From the NCBI GenBank assembly GCA_002269645.1, contig NIVC01003519.1, positions 29,601-93,600 on the forward strand: a stretch of DNA of 64,000 nucleotides, written 5' to 3'. A model generated the notes under the pieces. It was not told where the DNA came from and made no database searches. It saw only the letters and a list, made by a program, of their open reading frames with translations. Positions 36,329 to 49,076 of the stretch are shown one piece after another; the stretch's first letter is position 1; each line of letters opens with the position of its first letter. This DNA comes from Macrostomum lignano. Taxonomy: Eukaryota. Position numbers and translations under genes: made by a program.

Positions 36329-39300
36329 TCAGAAGCGCGTCTCCTCGTGGTAGCCCTGATTGTCCAGCCCGTCCTCCGGCAGAGCTCGCAGGTGTCCGTC
36401 ATCGCCTTGACCGACTGCCGAGTCAAAACCGCTCGACCTGTGCCGGAGGTCCGGGCAGAGGTGCGCCGGATGATCCAGCGAGCTGTACTCCGGCAGAGAC
36501 AGCTGTTGCTGCTGTTCGTCGTGAATCGAGTGAAGGTAGCCGCTGAATGCTTCCAGATGGCGGACACATTCACTTGGTCGTCGAGACGAGCCGACGCCGT
36601 GTAGCGATGGGTCCTCGCCGGCGCTGTGGCTGATGCTGTAGGTCCGCGTCTGTCGGCGCCGCTCTCGAGCCGCGTCGTTGGCGTGCTGCGAGATGGACAC
36701 TCGGCGACTGCGGGTTTGCGAGCGAGTTTGTTTGCAAGGAGCTAAAGCCCCTTGGTGCTAAAGCCCCTTGGTGCTGGCGCCCCTTGGTGCTAAAGCCCCT
36801 TGGTGCTAAAGCCCCTTGGTGCTAAAGCCCCTTGGTGCTAAAGCCCCTTGGTGCTAAAGCCCCTTGGTGCTAAAGCCCCTTGGTGCTAAAGCCCCTTGGT
36901 GCTAAAGCCCCTTGGTGCTAAAGCCCCTTGGTGCTAAAGCCCCTTGGTGCTAAAGCCCCTTGGTGCTAAAGCCCCTTGGTGCTAAAGCCCCTTGGTGCTA
37001 AAGCCCCTTGGTGCTAAAGCCCCTTGGTGCTAAAGCCCCTTGGTGCTGGCGCCCCTTGGTGCTAAAGCCCCTTGGTGCTAAAGCCCCTTGGTGCTAAAGC
37101 CCCTTGGTGCTAAAGCCCCTTGGTGCTAAAGCCCCTTGGTGCTAAAGCCCCTTGGTGCTAAAGCCCCTTGGTGCTAAAGCCCCTTGGTGCTAAAGCCCCT
37201 TGGTGCTAAGGCCTTGTTAACCTTGCAAACTGTCTTCTGTTTGAGCTTCTTTTGAAAAGTTCTTTCAGTACTAAAACAGTCGTTGAATAGACAGCATAGA
37301 GCTGTCATTTTTACATAGACACTTGCATGAATTACATTAGCTAAACTTAATGAAAGTGTTTAATAAAATATTATTTCACTAATGTTCTTTCGTACTCGGA
37401 TAAACTGACGCCGCTGGTTGATGCACCGCCTTGCTCGCCAATGCTGCTTCCCGTTTCATCCTGAAAATTATGCAGGCACTCGCAAAAATGTAAATTCCAT
37501 CTAGATCGAGTCATGGACAGCTGAAGTAGAAGGACTCCCTCGAATCGTACGAATGTCGCCGGTAAAAATGTTATTTTTTATTTCACACCTGACCTAATGG
37601 GCAGATGTGCAACCGACAGCTCAGTCGCAGCTATTTGCGTGGCGCATCTGAAGGCTGCGTACGGCTGTTCAGTCCAAGGATTGGGGGCCGTCACACACAG
37701 CCTCAATTACCCCAGCTAATGCTGGCACCCATTCTAGCTCATTCACCTTGGTGAACTGAAGCAATGCAGAGTTAAGTGTCTTGTGCTCAAGGAACCAATT
37801 GTTCTGAGAGGGTCGAGAATCGAACCACCGACCTTTGATTCCAGAGTTCGACTCTCTAACCCCTTTTATAACATTCTTGAACGTTTAATAATTCTAAATT
37901 GATGAAGTATGTTTTGTCCGAGGTTGACTCAAAACTTACTCGAATTCGGAAGTTCAAAAGGTGAAAAATCACTAAAAGCACAAAGAACTTATCAATTTGC
38001 AAATTCAGCGTCCTTCTACTTTAGCTATTGATTGCATAATGAACAATATTTCAGTAGCCTTTGCACCTCAACCAGCTCCTGGTAGAAATTGGACAGCGCG
38101 TAAATCACCGCGTCGTGGACGGTCACAAACAGACCAGCTTCGGAGCGTTTGTCGAAGAAGTTGGCCTTCCTCAGAAGCGAACGGACAAGCGAAGTGCAGC
38201 CGGACAAGTACATTTCGACGCCAATTTTACTGAAATCGTCGACAATTTTTGTCAGCAGACGGACACCCACGGCGTCAATGAAGGCGCAGGCCGACAGGTC
38301 CAAGATGATGCAGAAGACGTTTACAGTCGGCTCGCTTTCGTCGTCGCTATCAACGGAAGCTGGAAGATCAGCCGAATCGATGGAGCCCATGGATTCGTAC
38401 GACTTTGAGGCGGTGATTGGCAGGTTCTTGAGCTCCTCCGAGGAGCTCAACTGGGCGCGCTGGCGTGCTATGGCGCTCTTTTATGGCAAATAATTTGGGG
38501 AAAGGTTAAGTCACTTTGTAAACAATCTCTGGTTAGAAAGTTCGTTTTTTAGGGGGCAGACTAGTTTAAGCAATCAACTCCGACGTCCGGCTTTCGTGCC
38601 AAGGTACCCAGGTTCGATTCCGTGTGTAATTCTACAATAATTTGAGACCCTGTCCTAAGGCATATCTCGGTAAAGTCAGGGTCGTATGTGTATACGCTCG
38701 TACCTGCGTACGTTCGAGTATCTGTGTACGTGTGAGCGATTCGTGGTCAGAAGGGATGAGCATGATTGCTTGCCTCCTCGTTGGCGTTGGCTACGAAAAA
38801 ACGTATTACTGAGACAGTACTGTAGTTCTCAATTTTTCTTAGGGCGAGTCTGGTTGCTTCCCGAATCCATGGTTTGACTTGGACGCGTCGATGTTAACTC
38901 GGTGTTCAAGGACAGTAATTATAGTTAAAGGTACAGTGCCTGACAACAACTAGGTCAGAGTTGTTGCAGACCATGTGCTATTTTTGCATGTCTTCTTTTT
39001 TATTCCTGTACCTGCCCCTGTACGTGATTTCATGACTGTTGTATTGGTTTAACAGCAGTAGCCCCAGCGGAAACGTAGACAGATTAACATGAATCCGTTA
39101 AATGATGATTGCAAAAACAATGTCGTTGAATTTACCGGATGACTTCCCTCTTCCTTGACAACTCCGAGCACTTCCTTGATGCCCTGGGCGTTGAGCACGT
39201 CAGTCCGAAGGTTCATATCGCCGCTGGCTCCTCCGCTTCGCTTGGCTGCGGCTTTAGCGCGTTCGAGAATCTTCTTCGGATTCATGGCCACGGAGCGGAA

Positions 39301-42300
39301 TAGGCGCTTGCGAAAGTTGTCTGCGCTGGCGAAATAGAGCGAGCCGTCGAATTTAAAAATTTTCAGGCCAGGAATTTCTTCAGCCTGAATAGTAAATATT
39401 TTTTGGGTTCACGAATTTCAGTAAAAACGAAGTGTCGATTTTTTGCGAGGCCATGTTACTTTTTGGCTTGTACTATTCTCAGCTGTTAAGAGTCAACCAC
39501 TAGAGGCACTGTGCATTACACGACTGGTGATAAGAGTTACGTAGTAAAGACTGTTTTACAGCTTGTGTGAGCGCTCACGGACCGTCATGCTGTCCTGTTG
39601 ACGTAAGTGGCCTAAGAAATGCATAGTGACGGCAGCAACTACTAAGAGACTGAGCTACATGCTAGCACGACCGCTATGTACCAATCGTCTTACAATAGCC
39701 TCATCGGCCATAACTCGATAGTTTTTTTAAGTTCTCTTTGCTCTGAAACTCACCCCTTTAATCTTCTTAATGTTCCTATAAATGTCAGTTTTCGGCACTC
39801 GCCCCAGCAGGTAGGCCTTCGGAGCCTGGGTCCGATAAATGATGGTGAGCAACGAGAAGGCGACCCCGATTCCCAGACCGATGGGCAGGTCCAGACCAAG
39901 GATTGCAGCCAGCGTTACAATCCAAATTGACTGTAATTACATGGGAATTCAACTAATTACAATCAATCATATTGTAAAAAGTAATAAACAGTGAGCGTAC
40001 AAAGTCGTATCGATTGGTTCGCCACAGTCGAGGCAGTTGCTCCACTTGCAGGATCATGTTCTTCAAATTCACGATTATAATTGCGGAAAGTACGCACTGA
40101 AATTGATAATGCAATTATAATATAGGATTGCTCACTTGATCAGCAAATTATGGAATAGACTGCTGATAAACAGGTATTCACCTTGGGTACCGGCTCAAAA
40201 TAGGAGCAAAAAGTAAGAATGCTGATTAGTGTAATTATTGTAGCGTAAACCGAATAGATCTGAAGTGCGAAATAAAATGGCACATTGTAAACGGCATAAG
40301 GTATCATTCCTAAATTATGACTCTTACTTAAGGCAACTTTTTCTTACTAGTGTCTTTCCTCTCATGGACTCGTGCAGCGAGGTGCAAGCAATGGACGAGG
40401 CCGACACGAACGTGCTGAACCAGCTCATGCCGAAGTTGACAAATCCGTAGGCTAGGACCTCCTGGTTGGCGTCCACTTCATATCCGTGACGTAGAGCGAA
40501 GGTCTTGGCTACAGACACCGACAGGGCATAGGAGATTATGCCAAGCACGATGCCGTTCACTAAAATTCCGGACCCGCTTGTGAAATGCTCCGGCAGTGGA
40601 GCGCGCGGCACCTCGAATCTGAAGTTAAATTTTGATGGGTCGCTTTTAAACCGGTGTCAGAAATGCGGTGTCAGATGGGTCTTAGTTAAAAAGTTCTATT
40701 TGCTTCACACACTTCATGTCTGCATAAAAGTAACCCCGTCAATCTGATAAAAATGCGTAAAAGTCTTTTTTAATCCTATACTGATGGATAAAGCCATATC
40801 CGACACTGACAACCTGACTTTCCATTACTGCTATGTTGAATTGTTTCTATTCGTTGCTTCTGTAAATTATGGTTGACTTTCAAAGTAAAAGACGTGTGGC
40901 TTTTTCTCAAAGAGAAAGTTTTTGAAAATTTTAATTATACCGTTAAAAGAAGCGATAGATAACGGTGGCAAAAGTGGTATTTTACATTTTCCAAGCGCGG
41001 CTTACCCTTGTCGAATGACGCCAACATTTTCCACTTTAATAGTCCCCTTCCAATTCATGAACTGCGACATTAGAAGACTTGTAATCAACTGAAATCGAGT
41101 TATATTGTGTTTGTGTGCTTCTTATACTCGCATCTTCTCGTAACAACAAATCAACGGTTTAAAAAAATAGCGCAAACCTTACCACAATGATGTCGATTGG
41201 AATTGGAATTTTCACATATTTAGAGCACTTCTCGTTCACCAGCTTGATGGCCAGCAGCAGAGCAAAGAAGGCTACGAAAATGCCGATTGTGTATCCGTTT
41301 ACCTGACCGGTGAATAGCCTTTTGAATGCCTCGATAAAGTACTAAATGGGGTTAGATGGAATACAAAAAAACAGATGTAGACATCTCAACTTATAATACT
41401 GACAGAATGTCAAATACCAATGGATTAGGTTACATCTCAAACGAAACTAGAACAAGTCAACGCTATTGCAAGTTTGTGTCGATTAAAAACTAAACTAGAA
41501 CGACTAAGAACGACAAAACTAAACTAGAAATTAGTTTAATTTCTTAGTATTTTTACAGTGTTCTATCTGGACTACTGAATTAAAAAATATGTCCAAGTAG
41601 AACAACCATGTGTCTTATCCTACGTTGATTAACAAATTTGTCGAACCAAAGTTTAACAAAATTTTATCAAAGAGTAATAAGAAATATTTTTAAAGAATTT
41701 TTGTTCGAATTCCTTTTGCGAACTTATTTAAAAATTAAATCTCAATTTAGTGAACAAAACTATATTATGCGCGTTTCCGCTCCATTAATTTTTCTTCAAA
41801 ACTATTAACATTAATGAACTTGCAAATTAGGACCTGAGTAACTTTATTACTAAAAAACGCTCACAATAGTTTACCTGACCACCTGCAAGAACCAAGGCCA
41901 TTGTTACTCACCATGAAGAATTTCCCGTTGCCATTTATGGCCGGAATTTTCGCTCCGAGCAGATTGCCCAACTGACTGCTGACGATGTGCAGCGCAGCGC
42001 CGCAGGTGAACGCGCTATTCAACGGATCGGACATGTAGATGGTGAGAAAGCCCAGCTGCAGAGCGCCCAGCAGAATCTGCAACAGCCCAGCAACCATGGT
42101 AATGGATAAGGCCACCATTGCGTTCGCGTCATCCCGGTTAATGCAGCCAGCTGGAAATGCGAGGGAAAATTCCAGTTATGTTGATTTGACAGGCAAATAC
42201 GCTTGAATAGCCTCCTAAAATTTTTTTTTAAATTTTTCTACATTTAAAAAAACTACCGTCGTCTAAAGTTTTTCTATTGGTACAGCTCGACGATAAGTTG

Positions 42301-43957
42301 TTGAAGTTTCTTTAAAAAGGAATCATAATTAGATAGATTTCGCCACTGATGCTTAAAAATGCAAAGAAACCAACCTGTCGCTCCTGTCGTGACATTCGGA
42401 GCCGTAGTAACCAAAGCCATTGTTGTAGATTCGGTAGCGATGGTAGTTGATTCGTTGCCAGTATACAGACCAGCATTAGAGACTGAGGCAGTTTCGCAGA
42501 GTCCAACACCATTGGGGTACACCTGTTGGACACCGGCTCGAACTGCTTCGCCAACAATTAGCGATACGGCGCCTTGACTTGCTAAAAATTAATTAGTTAA
42601 TTCGATTTCAAGATTAGCGGTTACATTGTGCATCGATGTTTACCTTTCAGGGATGCTAAACAAGCAATGCTGTTTTGTCTTTTTGGGTTGTTAATAAAAT
42701 GACAAATCGACTGTCGATCATGACGGTTGGATTGTTGATGAGGTGACGGTTGGATTGTTGATGAGGTGACGGTTAGATTGTTGATGAGGTGACGGTTGGA
42801 CTGTTGATGAGGTGACGGTTGGATTGTTGATGAGGTGACGGTTGGATTGTTGATGAGGTGACGGTTGGATTGTTGATGAGGTGACGGTTGGATTGTTGAT
42901 GAGGTTACGGTTGGATTGTTGATGAGGTGACGGTTGGACTGTTGATGAGGTTACGGTTGGATTGTTGATGAGGTGACGGTTGGACTGTTGATGAGGTGAC
43001 GGTTGGACTGTTGATGAGGTGACGGTTGGATTGTTGATGAGGTTACGGTTGGACTGTTGATGAGGTGACGGTTGGACTGTTGATGAGGTGACGGTTGGAC
43101 TGTTGATGAGGTGACGGTTGGACTGTTGATGAGGTGACGGTTGGACTGTTGATGAGGTTGGATTGTTAATGAGATGGCGGTTGGATTGTTGATAATGTGA
43201 CGCTGGGACTGTTTTTCCAATAGATTGAAATTCCAATTAGCTGGATGACGGTTCTGTCCTCATTAAATCCTTTAACAAATTTAGAAATGGAAAAGACAAA
43301 TTAACTTACACATGTTGAGATGATTCGACGTCCCGAAGATAAAGTAGATCAGCATAGCAAAAAAGGCCGAATAGAATCCGTATTGCGGCTTCACGTTTGC
43401 CAACAATGAGAAAGCGATTGCTAAAATTCAACAAGGAAAAGCTTGACTTTTTAACGTCATTAAAATTAATTGAAGTGCTTTTTAAACTCACCCTGCGGAA
43501 TGATGAACAGTCCAACGCTAACACCTGAAATAAGGTCAAACACAGCGTACTCGCGAACTTTATAGTTGACAAACACGTTGATGCATGGAAACGCTTTGTT
43601 AAGAATTCCCATGGCTTTAGTTTTTATGTCCTTTTTCTCTTTAAATTGATTGGCTTTGCGTTGCTGCATCAAATTGATCCGGTGCGCTTTGCGTTCGCTC
43701 GGTTCCAGACGAATCTGATACTCTTCTTCCAGCTGCACTTCGTTGTAGGTCGGCCTGGAAGCAATCGTCCCACCGCGTTTGCCGTCGTCTCCAGCACCGC
43801 CACCGGCTGATGCCGTGATGGCTGCGAGATCCGTCAGCCTCTCGTTCGACATCTGCTTGCGAAGATCTCTGGGAATGTTGGCCGGGTTTCGGTTCGGCTG
43901 GCCGGCTCCGCCGCCGCCGCCACCGCCGCCACCACCCCCAGGACGTCCCGAAGACAT
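36329..43957 (-). CDS. SLC26: SLC26 anion transporter with STAS domain, paralog A (~996 aa)
   Basis: 14 exons: 43957-43492, 43420-43310, 42581-42375, 42150-41912, 41341-41183, 41088-41006, 40618-40348, 40259-40182, 40096-40001, 39930-39754, 39384-39136, 38477-38067, 37460-37396, 36707-36329 (2,991 nt, in frame). Motifs DLISGVSVGLFIIPQ, YFIFGTS, LGFLTIYMSDP, KIPIPID, YEVDANQE, GKT, FKFDGSLYFAS, IILDLSACAFIDAVG. Ends ETRF. Confidence 0.93.
36742..37210. repeat. 16-bp minisatellite (GCTAAAGCCCCTTGGT)
   Basis: Last intron of SLC26 paralog A. Confidence 0.96.
37585..37865 (-). mobile_element. tRNA-derived SINE, family A, copy 2
   Basis: Shares GCAGATGTGCAACCGACAGCTCAG, CATCTGAAGGCTGCGTACGGCTGTTCAGTCCAAGGA and CACACAGCCTCAATTACCCCAGC with copy 1; B-box-like GGTTCGATTCT. 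Confidence 0.85.
38555..38760 (+). mobile_element. Degenerate tRNA-SINE-like fragment
   Basis: B box GGTTCGATTCC and a CCTGCGTACGT segment shared with the SINE at 61833. Confidence 0.45.
42720..43190. repeat. 23-bp minisatellite (GACGGTTGGATTGTTGATGAGGT)
   Basis: Intron 2 of SLC26 paralog A. Confidence 0.95.
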
Positions 43958-44052
43958 GTCAAATTTGTTAGAATTTTCCCAGTTTTCCAAAATTAATTCA
44001 CTCGACGTTCGGATAACTGGGGAATGGTTATAAAAGGGGATGTGAAATTAAG

Positions 44053-44614
44053 AGTCAAAATGAAGCCCGAAATATACGGTCCCGATTTCTCTAAGCAAAT
44101 CCCTTCATTTGGAGCCAAATTGCTCCCATTATGCCGAAAACGCGACCAATGTAGCATTTGGGGATCTCTACGCTCTTATGGGGAGAAATGGTTGTGAGGG
44201 AGCTTATAGCACCTTTGACCATGATATAAATGTGCTATTTATGTCTCCACGGAGACAGGGAAACACAATGAGAGCTTGGTTGGGGGCAATAACAAACAAT
44301 ATTGAGATAAAATAATGGAGGGCACAACATATCATTACTATATCGCTTCTATTCTTCATACTAACACATAAAAAGAGCGTTTATCGTCATATAAGCATTT
44401 GAAGCTCCAAATGAAGGTATTGGCGTAGAGAAACCGGGACCCAATGCTTCATGCTCCATTCTGGAGCCTTAGTTAAGTTCACGTGAAATCCTCATTTATT
44501 CGTTTTTCCCCATAGAGATCCCCAAATGCTAAACGGGTTGGTTTTTGGTGGTCGGAAGCAATTTGGCTCCAAGTAGGGAAATCGGGACCGTATATTTCGG
44601 GCTTCATTTTGGCT
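44053..44614. mobile_element. MITE-like element with ~120-bp imperfect terminal inverted repeats
   Basis: CAAAATGAAGCCCGAAATATACGGTCCCGATTT...TTGGAGCCAAATTGCT...TAGCATTTGGGG.ATCTCTA at 44056-44175 is mirrored at ~44505-44612. No clear TSD. Confidence 0.8.
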
Positions 44615-45119
44615 ATTCTGTTTCAACAATAGCCCTTAATTTATAATGCTAACAACCTACCATCTTATCCAACAACAACTTACCCAAACAGTAGTAACAG
44701 CCAGATCTCGGAATCGTCCTTCGAAAGAATCAACTCTTCTACTAAGACGAGGCTAGAAAAATCAGCTATTTAGAGTCAGAAAAATGGAGAAGAGATCAGG
44801 CCTAATTAAGCACCGGAAGAGAATGCAAAACAATTTGCTGCTTTAAGACCTGTGAAACTTGTTGGAATTAGCTGACTCTGTTTGCCTGTGCCAAGCTCTG
44901 TAATAGCTAATGAATTACCGGAAAAGAAAACAGTAATCAAGCGCGTTTAGCACTCTCAGACTTTATGGTTAACCGTTGAATTTCCAGTATCAATACCAAT
45001 TTTCTGAATCACTGAGTTCGTCGGTTTCGACTGATTGCAATTGGCAAATGTGTCTTTAGAATTGAGTCAGGAAAATGTATAGAAAATGGGGTATGTTGAG
45101 AGGCATGCTGAATTTTCAT

Positions 45120-46010
45120 CTGAGGGGCGCCAGTTTATTTGAGGGGGCGCCAGTTCATCTGAGGGGGCGCCAGTTCATCTGAGGGGGCACCAGTTCATCT
45201 GAGGGGGCGCCAGTTCATCTGAGGGGGCGCCAGTTCATCTGAGGGGGCACCAGTTCATCTGAGGGGGCGCCAGTTCATCTGAGGGGGCGCCAGTTTATTT
45301 GAGAGGGCGCCAGTTCATCTGAAGGGCGCCAGTTTATTTGAGAGGGCACCAGTTCATTTGAGGGGGCGCCAGTTCATCTGAGAGGGCACCAGTTCATCTG
45401 AGGGGACGCCAGTTCATCTGAGGGGGCGCCAGTTCATCTGAGGGGCACCAGTTCATCTGAGGGGGCACCAGTTCATCTGAGGGGGCGCCAGTTCATCTGA
45501 GGGGCGCCAGTTCATCTGAGGGGGCACCAGTTCATCTGAGGGGGCGCCAGTTCATCTGAGGGGGCGCCAGTTTATTTGAGGGGGCACCAGTTCATCTGAG
45601 GGGGCGCCAGTTCATCTGAGGGGGCGCCAGTTTATTTGAGAGGGCGCCAGTTCATCTGAGGGGGCGGGCGCCAGTTAATCTGAGGGGGCGCCAGTTTATC
45701 TGAGGGGGCGCCAGTTTATTTGAGAGGGCGCCAGTTCATCTGAGGGGCGCCAGTTTATTTGAGGGGGCGCCAGTTCATCTGAGGGGGCGCCAGTTCAACT
45801 GAGGGGGCACCAGTTCATCTGAGGGGGCGCCAGTTCATCTGAGGGGGCGCCAGTTCATCTGAGGGGGCGCCAGTTCATCTGAGGGGGCGCCAGTTCATCT
45901 GAGGGGGCGCCAGTTCATCTGAGGGGGCGCCAGTTCATCTGAGGGGGCGCCAGTTCATCTGAGGGGGCGCCAGTTCATCTGAGGGGGCGCCAGTTCATCT
46001 GAAGGGCACT
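45120..46010. repeat. ~20-bp GC-rich minisatellite (GAGGGGGCGCCAGTTCATCT)
   Basis: Between the two SLC26 start codons. Confidence 0.96.
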
Positions 46011-46652
46011 ATTTTATTGGAGAGGGCGCGCCATTTAATTTGACGGGACGCCATTTCCAAGAAAGCGTATTGCATTGCGACCGAAAAAAACGAATTCACC
46101 AAGCTGTATGTTTGTTTTAATCGCAGTCAAATTTTCTCAACACCGACAACTGTAACCGAGTTTTGTAGAAGGGGCTGCTGTTTCTGCAACTCAGTTGCTT
46201 ATTCGTCGCCAAAATAATTTTGGCTTCCCGTCAAAAAGTACCGCTTGCAAAGGGGCAACGGCTTGCTGCTTCATTAGCAAATTCGACGTATTCTGCTCAA
46301 TGCCTTGACTTTATTGCATTCTTTCTTATAAGTCAACCCCTACGTGCTTAAAACCGAGAACAGCGAACAAGCTGATAAAACTTTGACGTTCGTCCGACGT
46401 TCGGTTTGGGTTTAAAGTAGAAAAACTTTACGATATAAACTGCATTCAAGATAAAGACAGTGAAGCAGAACTCCCTGATCAGGACTTGGTCTGTGAGCCT
46501 TACTGACTGCTTAAGAATGCACTAAAAGCAGTCACGGTTCACCCTCATGGTCATAAGATCGAACGCTATTTGAAGTTTCCAACAAAATTATATCGCCTTT
46601 AAATTGCCTAAAAAAGAAGAACATCAAAAAGTTAATTAGCTGAAATACTTAC

Positions 46653-47843
<1,191 letters not shown>

Positions 47844-48339
47844 CTTCCCTTTAACGCCCATAGTGAGTCATGCGTGTGGCACGGAGGTTCAGTATTTTTC
47901 AATAGCCTTCAAAGGGAGTAGCCGTTCAGATACGGTAGACGCCAAAGGCTGGATGTCGAGCAGGCATATTATGACTTTTACTTGCCAGTCACCAGTGGGC
48001 AATGCATTATCGTTTTCTGTCTTATCAGCTTAGGGCGCGAGTTTTACAGCGCAGAGATAGATAGCGCCCCAGCAAGCTTGAGGTCACAAAAGCGCATAAA
48101 TAGAATGAAGAAATGAGCGCAATGCCAGAAACGCTATCAATTCGTGCTGAGCACTTAATCGGAATTTTTTGTTATCGACTTTGAGCAAAGCCTGAACGTC
48201 GAGCATAACGGACCGAATTTGATTGCTGAGCAGTGGAAAACAGAAGGACGACGGCTTACACACTGTTTTGCTTAAACCAAGTCTTTCTTCTCTTGAAACG
48301 ATCGAGGTAAGTCGAGTAATAATGTGAACGGTCCGTAAC

Positions 48340-49000
48340 GAATTCTAATGAACTCTTGATGATGGGATTTGAATGTAATCTATCGAATTCTAATGAACTC
48401 TCAATGGGATTCGAATGTAATCTATCGAATTCTAATGAACTCTCAATGGGATTCGAATGTAATCTATCGAATTCTAATGAACTCTCAATGGGATTCGAAT
48501 GTAATCTATCGAATTCTAATGAAATCTCAATGGGATTCGAATGTAATCTATCGAATTCTAATGAACTCTCAATGGGATTCGAATGTAATCTATCGAACTC
48601 TAATGAACTCTCAATGGGATTCGACTGTAATCTATCGAATTCTAATGAAATCTCAATGGGATTCGAATGTAATCTATCGAATTCTAATGAACTCTCAATG
48701 GGATTCGAATGTAATCTATCGAACTCTAATGAACTCTCAATGGGATTCGACTGTAATCTATCGAACTCTAATGAACTCTCAATGGGATTCGAATGTAATC
48801 TATCGAATTCTAATGAACTCTCAATGGGATTCGACTGTAATCTATCGAACTCTAATGAACTCTCAAAGGGATTCGAATGTAATCTATCGAATTCTAATGA
48901 ACTCTCAATGGGTTCGAATGTAATCTATCGAATTCTAATGAACTCTCAAAGGGATTCGAATGTAATCTATCAAACTCTAATGAACTCTCAAAGGGATTTG
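48340..49000. repeat. 42-bp minisatellite (GAATTCTAATGAACTCTCAATGGGATTCGAATGTAATCTATC)
   Basis: ~15 units ending ~75 bp upstream of the SLC26 paralog B ATG. Confidence 0.96.
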
Positions 49001-49076
49001 AATGTAGAGTTCGATCTCAGAATGACCAAAAAATGATTCCATCATACTCATTAATACTCAAACAGAAGCGACAGCC

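Noticed and set aside
36280-36700. Stand-alone small gene in GC-rich ORFs; similarly 56924-57319 and 57853-57990
   Set aside because: These are the phase-consistent terminal exons of the SLC26 paralogs.
45120-46010. AGGGGGCGC core resembling a CTCF site array
   Set aside because: The 5' half of the CTCF motif (CCASY) is absent; similarity is limited to a GC-rich core.
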